From: an uncultured Bacteroidales bacterium
GTDB lineage: Bacteria; Bacteroidota; Bacteroidia; Bacteroidales; JAADJA01
Length of the DNA stretch: 64,000 nucleotides
Assembly: GCA_963761195.1 (NCBI GenBank)
Contig: CAVXGA010000012.1
Span: 96,082-160,081, forward strand
Direction of reading: 5' to 3'
Shown here: positions 37,956-46,489 of the stretch, piece by piece
Layout of the letters: the number at the start of each line of letters is the position of its first letter
Numbering within the stretch: position 1 is the stretch's first letter
Notes under the pieces: generated by a model
The model's database searches: none
What the model was told of the DNA's origin: nothing
The model's input: only the letters and a program-made list of their open reading frames with translations
Made by a program: the position numbers and the translations under genes

Positions 37956-38837
37956 TCACGGATAAATTTCCTTTTTGTGAGCTTTCAGCGTATTCATTAA
38001 CAAGGACACGATGGTCATGGGACCAACACCTCCCGGAACCGGAGTTATTAATGACGCTAAAGAAATGACCTCATCAAATTTTACATCTCCGATCAGTCTG
38101 AAACCCGATTTGGTCGAATCAGAAGGAATCCGATGAATACCAACGTCGATCACCACAGCACCTTTTTTCACCATATCTGCAGTCACAAATTCAGGTTGAC
38201 CCATTGCCACAATCAGTATATCCGCTGTTTTTGCAATCTTTTTGAGGTCTTTTGTTTGGCTGTGACACAACGTTACGGTGGCATTTCCAGGATATGCTTT
38301 TCTTGACATCAGGATGCTTATGGGAGAACCAACAATATGACTTCGGCCAAGAACGACACAATGTTTTCCTGCAGTCTCAATTTTCGACCTTTCAATTAAC
38401 TGCAGAATACCGTTTGGAGTTGCGGGCAGGTAAGCGGGCAGGTTCATTGCCATTCGCCCAAAATTTATAGGATGAAATCCATCTACATCTTTAGCCGGAG
38501 AAATGCTTTCAATTACTTTTTTTTCGTCGATATGAGCAGGAAGAGGCAGCTGAACAATAAAGCCATCGATTTCATCATCTTCATTAAGGTATTGCACAAC
38601 TTTCAATAATTCTTTTTCACTTACGGTTTCAGGAAGCTTATAAATGGAAGAAATAATGCCTACTTCCTTACAGGCTTTTTCTTTACCACTGACATACGTC
38701 AGACTGGCCGGATCCTCGCCAACAAGTACTGCAGCCAAATGCGGGCTGGAATCACCTTTATCAATAATGGCAAGCACTTCAGCAGCAATTTCTGCTTTAA
38801 TTTGTTTCGCAATTTCCTTTCCGTCAATTATTTTCAT
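37956..38837 (-). CDS. folD: Bifunctional methylenetetrahydrofolate dehydrogenase/cyclohydrolase
   Basis: PHLAAVLVGEDPASLTYV, FIVQLPLP and VVLGRSHIVGSP. Confidence 0.92.
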   Translation of the reverse strand: MKIIDGKEIAKQIKAEIAAEVLAIIDKGDSSPHLAAVLVGEDPASLTYVSGKEKACKEVGIISSIYKLPETVSEKELLKVVQYLNEDDEIDGFIVQLPLPAHIDEKKVIESISPAKDVDGFHPINFGRMAMNLPAYLPATPNGILQLIERSKIETAGKHCVVLGRSHIVGSPISILMSRKAYPGNATVTLCHSQTKDLKKIAKTADILIVAMGQPEFVTADMVKKGAVVIDVGIHRIPSDSTKSGFRLIGDVKFDEVISLASLITPVPGGVGPMTIVSLLMNTLKAHKKEIYP

Positions 38838-38918
38838 AAAATCTGATCAAGTGTGTATAAATTTAATCATTTTCATCGAAATGTCCTGACAGGCTGCCAC
38901 TTCATCCAATCATCGATT

Positions 38919-40262
38919 TTACCTTCCCGGCATTTTATTCATATTTGCCATAGCTCTCATTACATTCTTCCCCTTCCCTCCCGACATCATTTTCATCATT
39001 TTCTGCGTTTCGCCAAACTGTTTGATAAGCTGGTTAACCTCCTGTATGTCAGTACCACTGCCAATCGCAATTCTCCGTCTTCGGCTTCCGTTAAGAATCT
39101 TCGGGTCATTCCGCTCACCGGGCGTCATGGAATGGATTATGGCTTCAATTCCCTTAAAGGCATCATCGTCAATATCCATGTTTTTAATGGCTTTACCCAC
39201 ACCAGGTATCATACCCATCAGGTCTTTCACATTACCCATTTTTTTGATCTGTTTGATCTGATTTAAAAAATCATCGAAATTAAACTGGTTTTTAGCGATC
39301 TTTTTCTGGAGTTTCCTGGCTTCTTCTACATCAAACTGTTCCTGTGCTTTTTCAACCAGAGAAACGATGTCACCCATTCCCAGTATCCTGTCAGCCATAC
39401 GACTGGGATGAAAAACATCAATAGCATCCATTTTTTCGCCAATACCCACAAACTTTATGGGTTTATCTACAACCGCTTTTATTGTTAGGGCTGCACCACC
39501 CCTGGTATCACCATCGAGCTTTGTAAGAACAACCCCATTATAATCAAGCCGTTCATTAAAAGCTTTAGCCGTATTCACTGCATCCTGACCGGTCATGGAA
39601 TCAACCACGAACAAAGTTTCCTGAGGGTTGACAGATTGCTTGATTGCTGCAATTTCATTCATCATCAGTTCATCGATTGCAAGCCGGCCTGCCGTGTCGA
39701 TAATAACTACATTAAATCCGAATTCGTGTGCATGTTTAAGTGCATTTTTACAAATGGAAACCGGGAGTTTATTTTCTTCTTCAGCATATACCTTAACATT
39801 TACCTGTTCTCCTAAAACTTTAAGCTGGTTAATTGCAGCAGGTCGATAAACATCACCTGCTACCAGCAAAGGGTTTTTCCCTTTTTTACTCTTCAGATAG
39901 TTAGCCAGCTTTGCCGAAAATGTCGTTTTACCAGAGCCCTGTAATCCTGCGATGAGAATAATGGCCGGATTACCTTTTATATTCAGTTCAGATGCCTGAG
40001 ATCCCATTAACATGGATAGCTCATCATGTACAATCTTCACCATAAGCTGTCCCGGAGATACAGATGTTAAAATCTTTTCGCCAAGCGCTTTTTCTTTGAC
40101 CTGTTCCGTAAATTGCTTTGCAATTTTAAAACTTACATCCGCATCCAACAAGGCTTTTCTCACTTCCTTCAATGTCTCGGCAACATTGATTTCCGTAATA
40201 TGACCATGTCCTTTAAGTATTTTAAATGACCGTTCAAGTTTATCCGATAGACCTTCAAACAT
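38919..40262 (-). CDS. ffh: Signal recognition particle protein
   Basis: MFEGLSDKLERSFKILKGHGHITEINV, GLQGSGKTT, DTAGR and a Met-rich M domain. Confidence 0.95.
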   Translation of the reverse strand: MFEGLSDKLERSFKILKGHGHITEINVAETLKEVRKALLDADVSFKIAKQFTEQVKEKALGEKILTSVSPGQLMVKIVHDELSMLMGSQASELNIKGNPAIILIAGLQGSGKTTFSAKLANYLKSKKGKNPLLVAGDVYRPAAINQLKVLGEQVNVKVYAEEENKLPVSICKNALKHAHEFGFNVVIIDTAGRLAIDELMMNEIAAIKQSVNPQETLFVVDSMTGQDAVNTAKAFNERLDYNGVVLTKLDGDTRGGAALTIKAVVDKPIKFVGIGEKMDAIDVFHPSRMADRILGMGDIVSLVEKAQEQFDVEEARKLQKKIAKNQFNFDDFLNQIKQIKKMGNVKDLMGMIPGVGKAIKNMDIDDDAFKGIEAIIHSMTPGERNDPKILNGSRRRRIAIGSGTDIQEVNQLIKQFGETQKMMKMMSGGKGKNVMRAMANMNKMPGR

Positions 40263-40502
40263 AGTGTACAAATTTTTGAGGGTGCAAAATTAATAAATTT
40301 TGGCAAGGTGTAAAGAATGGAACTACTTTGAATTTTTACTCCACATAATTTTCCACATATAGTTAACATGTCCCTAAATTGCAGTTTTTTCCAAATATGA
40401 GAATTCTTCTTTTTTAATCGTTATTGATATTCAGAGGTTTACACGTTTGTATGGTTTTTGACTGATCCTTTAACGAAAATAAAGAATTTTAAATTAGAAA
40501 AA

Positions 40503-40691
40503 ATGAAAACAACAACATCAAATTCAAACGATACAGTTCAAATAAGCGGAAACGACAATTTTTGCATTATTAATAACAAACAGGATAATTTTTGCTGGGT
40601 TATTAACCTGGAAGATCATCCTAATTCATATTTAATGAAATCTTCGTTTCAAAATTATAATCAGAAATATAACAAAACAGGAAGGAATTAG
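40503..40691 (+). CDS. Small Asn-rich hypothetical peptide (62 aa) with the duplicated motif DNFC(I/W)(I/V)IN
   Basis: MKTTTSNSNDTVQISGNDNFCIINNKQDNFCWVINLEDH... It is followed by its own terminator. Confidence 0.3.
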   Translation: MKTTTSNSNDTVQISGNDNFCIINNKQDNFCWVINLEDHPNSYLMKSSFQNYNQKYNKTGRN

Positions 40692-40747
40692 TAACAATTA
40701 TCCGACAGGCCATTTAGTTGATTTTTATCTGCATATATTTTAATTGC

Positions 40748-40778
40748 AAAAGCCCGACAACCCGGGCTTTTTGTTATT
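40748..40778 (+). terminator. Rho-independent terminator
   Basis: agcccg-acaac-cgggct followed by ttttgttattt. Confidence 0.65.
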
Positions 40779-40794
40779 TAAAGGAATTCATTAA

Positions 40795-41256
40795 ATGACA
40801 GAATTTAAAAATATTAAAATTATTTCAGGAGGCCAGACAGGGGTAGATCGTGCAGCTCTCGATTTTGCATTAGGTCATGGCATTAACTGCGGAGGATGGT
40901 GCCCAAAGGGACGGTTGGCTGAGGACGGACCAATTTTGCTTAGATACCCACTCGACGAAACCAAATCGTCATCTTATAAAGTAAGAACAGAAAAAAACAT
41001 CAGCGAAAGTAATGCAACCATTATTATTTACGACAATAAATTTGATGCGGGTACTGGTCTGACTTTGAATCTTTGTAAAAAACTGGGAAAGCCATATCTT
41101 ATTTTCAAACTGACGGAAGTTTATGACAATTATAGCTTTGCAAATTGGATGAAAACGAACAACATTCAAATTCTAAATATTGCTGGTCCGAGAGAAGGTT
41201 CTGCCCTTGGAATTTATAAGAAAACTTTACTTTTTTTAGAAAAAATATTCCTATAA
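40795..41256 (+). CDS. YpsA-like SLOG-fold protein ('putative molybdenum carrier' family)
   Basis: IISGGQTGVDRAALDFALGHGINCGGWCPKGRLAEDG. Confidence 0.6.
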   Translation: MTEFKNIKIISGGQTGVDRAALDFALGHGINCGGWCPKGRLAEDGPILLRYPLDETKSSSYKVRTEKNISESNATIIIYDNKFDAGTGLTLNLCKKLGKPYLIFKLTEVYDNYSFANWMKTNNIQILNIAGPREGSALGIYKKTLLFLEKIFL

Positions 41257-42118
41257 ATCTGCTTTCAGTATCCTGTTTTTTCCTGACATATCTTTACAAA
41301 TTTCAACATTTTGATAACCTTTGTGTTCAAATAGATCGCATGTCTCCGTGGTTAAAAACTCATTAATTTCGCAGAAGATTTTGCCCTTTTGTATCAAATG
41401 CTCAGCTCCAAATGCTGCAATTGCCCGGTAAAAAATGAGTGGGTCATCATCCTTAACAAAAAGGGCCAGTTCAGGCTCATAATCCAAAACATTTTTTTTC
41501 ATGGCTTTTTTTTCTGAATGCCTTACATAAGGAGGATTACTGACGATAATATCAAAACTCCCGAGTCTGTTCTGGTTTTTTTCATTCAAAAAGTCCATCT
41601 GAAGAAAAGAAATCTCTGTCCTGTTCATCGTCGCATTTTTTTTTGCAATGTCAAGTGCATAGCCTAGAAATATCTATGGCAAGAAGTTTTGCATCGATGC
41701 GATTTTTTTTGATTGAAATGGCTATACAACCCGACCCTGTTCCAATATCTAAAATATTTGGCTCTTTTAATTCACTGCAATCCTGTAGAATAATTTCAAC
41801 CAATTCTTCTGTTTCCGGCCGTGGAATCAATACGTCGGGTGTTACCATAAACTGAAGACCATAAAATTCAGTTTGACCAAGGATGTATTGAATCGGTTTG
41901 TAGTTTTTTAAATCTTTTACCGCGAAATGAATTTTTAACAATTGGGATTCATTAACGGGTTTTTCCGGTTCAGCCAAAATTTTTGTGCGCGTGAGTTCCG
42001 TGTATGCTTCAATAATCAGGAACAGCAACGTATCAGCCTCACGTTCATCATAATATTTCATGAGTTCGGGCCTGTAATAACTTCTGATATCTCCTATCCT
42101 GTTTGACCGTACATCCAT
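41251..42118 (-). pseudogene. prmC: Release-factor glutamine N5-methyltransferase, frameshifted near 41668
   Basis: ILDIGTGSGCIAISI and VSNPPYV are present. The upstream frame ends ...AIDISRLCT*. Skipping one base gives DISGYALDIAKKNATMNRTEISFLQMD. The likely start is MDVRSNRIG at 42118. Confidence 0.85.
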
Positions 42119-42175
42119 TTTTCGAAAGTACTCAAAAAAATGTATTTTTGAGGATGTAAAATTCAATTCACGAAG

Positions 42176-42820
42176 ATGAAAGGAGATATTCTCATACTTG
42201 ATGATAACCACCGGAAAGCGGCCAAACAGGTGGTAGGATTAATTCTTGATGATATTAAAATAGCAACCAATCGATTTGTACTTACGGTTGCTGGTGAATC
42301 CGGTGCTGGTAAATCGGAAGTTGCTGCTTCCATTGCTCAAATTCTTGAGGAAAATAACATAAAATGCTACATCTTTGGCCAGGACGACTACTTCAAACTC
42401 CCGCCAAAAACTAATGAAAGAAAAAGAAAATCAGATATTTCATGGGTAGGAATTCAAGAAGTGAAGCTTGATTTGCTGGATGAAAATTTAAATGATGCGT
42501 TGGAGGGAAAAGCAATTGTAACAAAGCCCCTTGTTGATTTTAATGCAGATAAAATCGAAGAAGAAAAAGTTGACCTTTCAGAATTTAACATGCTGATTGC
42601 CGAAGGTACTTACACTACATTGCTGAAAAACGTGAATTGCAGGATTTTTATTGACAGAAATAAAATGGATACGATAGAATCGCGAAAAAGAAGGGCGCGG
42701 GAAAATCAGGATGAATTTCTGGACAAAATCCTAACCATCGAACATGAAATTATTTCCCGGCATAAGCAGTTGGCTGATATTATCATTTCTAAGGAATGGA
42801 ATGCGACAAGAATTAATTAA
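42176..42820 (+). CDS. P-loop kinase of the PRK/uridine-kinase family
   Basis: Walker A VAGESGAGKSEVA and a size typical of the family. Confidence 0.5.
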   Translation: MKGDILILDDNHRKAAKQVVGLILDDIKIATNRFVLTVAGESGAGKSEVAASIAQILEENNIKCYIFGQDDYFKLPPKTNERKRKSDISWVGIQEVKLDLLDENLNDALEGKAIVTKPLVDFNADKIEEEKVDLSEFNMLIAEGTYTTLLKNVNCRIFIDRNKMDTIESRKRRARENQDEFLDKILTIEHEIISRHKQLADIIISKEWNATRIN

Positions 42821-42883
42821 TTTTCATTCAAATAAAATTGACGAATTCAAAACAAATATTCATGCGCTTTAAGCTGAACAATT

Positions 42884-44140
42884 ATGGAGAATAATTATAA
42901 TCACATCGCCATGTTAAGCACACATGGGTATTTTGATCCGGTTCCTACGTTGGGGATTACTGATACCGGCGGCCAGGTGGTTTATGTGCTCGAACTTTCA
43001 AAAGCTCTGGCACGCAAAGGAATCAAAGTTGATATCTTCACCCGATGGTTCGACAGGACAAAACCCCAGATTGATCCTGTACCAGGTTATCCCGATGTAA
43101 GGGTGATCAGAATCCCTTGCGGTAGCTGGGAATTTGTTCCGAAAGAATTTATTTACGATTTGTTGCCGGAATTATCCTCAAATATGATCCGGTTCATCAG
43201 TAAAAACAACCTGTCGTATGACCTGTTTCACGGGCATTACGTAGATGCCGGCATTGTAATGCTTGAAGTAGCGAATTACTTCGACAAGCCTTCCTATTTT
43301 ACAGCTCATTCACTGGGAGCCTGGAAAAAGGACCAAATGGGCGGAGATCCTGAAGAAATGGAAAAGGTGTTTAATTTCAAGCATCGCATCGCTGAGGAAG
43401 TTCGTATTTTTAAAGCCGTTAACGGACAGACCCTGACTTCATCCGTGCAACTTGAAAAACTGAATAGCCTGTATAATTTTAAGGCTGATAATATTGAAAT
43501 CATTCCTCCCGGAGTGGATATTAACCGATTTCGTATGTCGCGGGCATCTGAGCAAAAAACAATGACAAACCTCCCGGAAAAATACATCCTGAACCTCAGC
43601 CGTATCGATTCAAATAAGGGCCATGACCTGATGCTAAATGCATTTGGCAAAATTGTTCATCAGCTTGACGATGTACACCTGGTTATTGGGGGCGGTTCAC
43701 CAAATCCAAAACCCCGGGAGATTGAAATTTTTGATATGATGCGAAAGATCATCGGTGAAAATAACATGAAAGATAAGGTTCATCTGGTAGGCTATATCAG
43801 TGATGAAATGATGCTCCCCTATTATCAGAATGCCTTACTGTTTGTGCTGCCTTCTGTTTTTGAACCTTTCGGGATGACAACTCAGGAAGCTATGGCCTGT
43901 GGTTGCCCTGTAATTGCTTCAAAATTCGGAGGTATCAGGAACGCGATTACACACGGGAAAGACGGATTACTGATCGATCCGGGAAATGAAGAAGAATTTG
44001 CTGGAGCAATAAAGAGCTTATTGCAAGATGAGGTTCATCGGAAAAGAATTGGCAAAGCGGGAAGTGTTCTTATTCGTAATGAGTATAGCTGGGAAGCTAT
44101 TGCTGACAGATTTCTTGAGTTTTATTTGAAATACAAGTAA
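42884..44140 (+). CDS. Sucrose-phosphate-synthase-like GT4 glycosyltransferase (glycosyltransferase domain only)
   Basis: MLSTHGYFDPVPTLGITDTGGQVVYVLELSKALARKG is the SPS/mannosylfructose-P synthase type N-terminus. VLPSVFEPFGMTTQEAMACGCPV is also present. Confidence 0.65.
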   Translation: MENNYNHIAMLSTHGYFDPVPTLGITDTGGQVVYVLELSKALARKGIKVDIFTRWFDRTKPQIDPVPGYPDVRVIRIPCGSWEFVPKEFIYDLLPELSSNMIRFISKNNLSYDLFHGHYVDAGIVMLEVANYFDKPSYFTAHSLGAWKKDQMGGDPEEMEKVFNFKHRIAEEVRIFKAVNGQTLTSSVQLEKLNSLYNFKADNIEIIPPGVDINRFRMSRASEQKTMTNLPEKYILNLSRIDSNKGHDLMLNAFGKIVHQLDDVHLVIGGGSPNPKPREIEIFDMMRKIIGENNMKDKVHLVGYISDEMMLPYYQNALLFVLPSVFEPFGMTTQEAMACGCPVIASKFGGIRNAITHGKDGLLIDPGNEEEFAGAIKSLLQDEVHRKRIGKAGSVLIRNEYSWEAIADRFLEFYLKYK

Positions 44141-44243
44141 ATCTTGTTGTAATAATTCGTGATCCTGAAAAATTCAATTTATAAATCAACTTATTCCAGA
44201 GAAAGAATTAAAAGAAACAGAAATTCGTTAGGATACAGATTAA

Positions 44244-45020
44244 ATGAAAGCAATGGAAGATATATTGTTCAGAATAGCTGAAATAAAAAAAGTAGGGAGA
44301 AAAGCTGCCTTGTGTATTATTATCGAAACAAAGGGAAGCTCACCCCGAAAGGCGGGTTCGAAAATGCTGGTTCTCGCAGATTCGACAATTGAAGGATCTG
44401 TTGGCGGTGGTAGTCTTGAGATGAAAGTTATTTCCGATGCACGAAATGTTATGGCGAAAAATCAGCCCCAAAAGTTCACTTACGATCTTGAAGATGATCT
44501 TTCCATGCATTGTGGAGGTACTGCCGAAGTCTACATTGAACCCATCATTCCTGAACTGAATCTGTATATTTTTGGTGCCGGCCATATAGGCAAAGTCCTT
44601 GCGAAATTCGCATCCGGTTTTGGATTCCGCATTATACTTATCGATCACCGGGAAGAAATCACAGATAAAATTGATCTTCCTGAAGTCGAACTGATCCGTG
44701 ATGAATATGCGAACGCTGCCCGGAAATTGGAGTTTAACCCAAATGATTATATTGTAATAGTCACGCCTAAACATGCTTATGATGAGGAAGTTCTTGCAAT
44801 CTGTGCAAAAAAGTCGTTTGCATACCTGGGTATGATAGGCAGTAAAACGAAAGTAGCTTTGGCGCGTAAAAGACTTTTAGAAGAAAAGATTCTTACCGAA
44901 GATGAAATCAACAAAGCAGATATGCCAATTGGGATTAAATTTAATGCACAGACTCCGGAGGAAATTGCCATCAGCATCCTTGCAAAATTGATCGATGTTA
45001 AAAATTCAGGAATCGAATGA
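44244..45020 (+). CDS. xdhC: XdhC/CoxI-family molybdenum-hydroxylase maturation factor
   Basis: N-terminal XdhC domain (TKGSSPRKAGSKMLV) plus a Rossmann part (LYIFGAGHIGKVLA). Confidence 0.8.
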   Translation: MKAMEDILFRIAEIKKVGRKAALCIIIETKGSSPRKAGSKMLVLADSTIEGSVGGGSLEMKVISDARNVMAKNQPQKFTYDLEDDLSMHCGGTAEVYIEPIIPELNLYIFGAGHIGKVLAKFASGFGFRIILIDHREEITDKIDLPEVELIRDEYANAARKLEFNPNDYIVIVTPKHAYDEEVLAICAKKSFAYLGMIGSKTKVALARKRLLEEKILTEDEINKADMPIGIKFNAQTPEEIAISILAKLIDVKNSGIE

Positions 45021-46489
45021 TGAAGGAGGATCAAAATAAGATAAGCTTTGTTTTGGACGACACCATCGTCGACATCGATTTTGTGAAGCAAAACCTCAGT
45101 CCAACAATCACTGTTTTGAATTATTTGCGTTCACTATCTAACCACAAAGGAGTTAAAGAGGGCTGTGCAGAAGGTGATTGCGGCGCTTGTACAATAGTTT
45201 TGGGAGAACTGGATGACACTGATAATCTAATCTACAAAGCAGTCAATTCCTGCCTGGTCTTTCTGCCGATGATCCATGGAAAACAATTGATAACAGTTGA
45301 AAACCTGGCTGTTAAACAAGGTGAGGAAGTTAAACTTCATCCCGTTCAGCAAGCCATGATTGATATGAACGGCAGTCAATGCGGTTATTGCACACCAGGC
45401 TTTATCATGTCCATGTTTGCCTTGTATAAAAACTATAAAGCTCCGTCTGACGAGATCATTAAGGATGCCCTGACAGGAAATCTCTGCCGTTGTACGGGTT
45501 ATCAGCCCATTCTCAGGGCAGCAAAGAAAGCGTGCCGGAATGGAGGTAGTGATCAATTCACAAAAAGTGAACAAAAAATAGTGAAGCTTCTAAAATCCAT
45601 TGCGGTTTCTTCAAAGACGGTTTCAGTCGTAACACGAAACCAAAAATACTTTCAACCGAAAAGTTTGCCTGAATGTTTTGACTTATTGGGAAAATACCCC
45701 GAAGCATTGTGCCTGAATGGATCAACCGATATAGCGCTGAAACAAACCAAAAAATTTGAGTTAATCAAAGAAGTAATCGACCTTTCAGGTATCAAGGATT
45801 TAAGATTCTTCACCGAAAACAAATACGAATTCGGCATTGGATCGGGCTTATCGCTTGAAAAGTTGAAGAATAATCTCAATGGCTCCTTGCCCGCATTGAC
45901 GGATATGATCAGCGTTTTTGCATCGAAACAAATCAGGAATCTTGCCACCATCGGCGGTAACATTGCGACTGCTTCACCCATCGGAGATACAATCCCGCTT
46001 TTGATGGCTTACAATGCTAAGATATGGCTGATCAGCAGGAAAGGAGAAAGAATACTTCCCATTGAAAATTTTGTCCGTGGATACCGGCAAACTGATTTGC
46101 AGAGTGGAGAGATCGTTCATTCGATAATCATTCCAAAAATCAAAGGACAGTTAATCCGGTTTTATAAAGTCTCCAAACGAAAAGATTTGGATATATCAAC
46201 GGTTAGTGCCGGCTTCAGGTTAAAACTCACAAATAACACGGTTGAAGATATTTGTCTTGCCTTTGGGGGGATGGCGGAAATGGTTAAAAGAGCAAGTTCA
46301 ACAGAAGCATTTCTGAAGCAAAAGCAATGGACTAATGAAAATATTAAGGCGGCTCAGAAAATACTATTTAATGAATTTGTTCCCATTTCGGATGCACGTT
46401 CAGGAGCTGAATTCAGGAAAATTGCAGCTAAAAATTTATTGATTAAATTCTTTGAAGAAACACGAAATGAGCTACCTACCGCACAATAG
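45017..46489 (+). CDS. xdhA: Xanthine dehydrogenase small subunit (2x[2Fe-2S] + FAD domain)
   Basis: CAEGDCGACTIVL, CGYCTPGFIMS and CRCTGYQPI, followed by a CO-dehydrogenase flavoprotein-like domain. Confidence 0.85.
   Translation: MMKEDQNKISFVLDDTIVDIDFVKQNLSPTITVLNYLRSLSNHKGVKEGCAEGDCGACTIVLGELDDTDNLIYKAVNSCLVFLPMIHGKQLITVENLAVKQGEEVKLHPVQQAMIDMNGSQCGYCTPGFIMSMFALYKNYKAPSDEIIKDALTGNLCRCTGYQPILRAAKKACRNGGSDQFTKSEQKIVKLLKSIAVSSKTVSVVTRNQKYFQPKSLPECFDLLGKYPEALCLNGSTDIALKQTKKFELIKEVIDLSGIKDLRFFTENKYEFGIGSGLSLEKLKNNLNGSLPALTDMISVFASKQIRNLATIGGNIATASPIGDTIPLLMAYNAKIWLISRKGERILPIENFVRGYRQTDLQSGEIVHSIIIPKIKGQLIRFYKVSKRKDLDISTVSAGFRLKLTNNTVEDICLAFGGMAEMVKRASSTEAFLKQKQWTNENIKAAQKILFNEFVPISDARSGAEFRKIAAKNLLIKFFEETRNELPTAQ

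Noticed and set aside
44141-44243. Purine or Moco riboswitch upstream of xdhC or the mocA-like gene
   Set aside because: The leaders are short and AT-rich. They lack the conserved junction sequences and helices of these riboswitch classes.
44340-45091. Minus-strand ORFs 44340-44774 and 44777-45091
   Set aside because: Antisense to xdhC and the xdhA start. No independent support.
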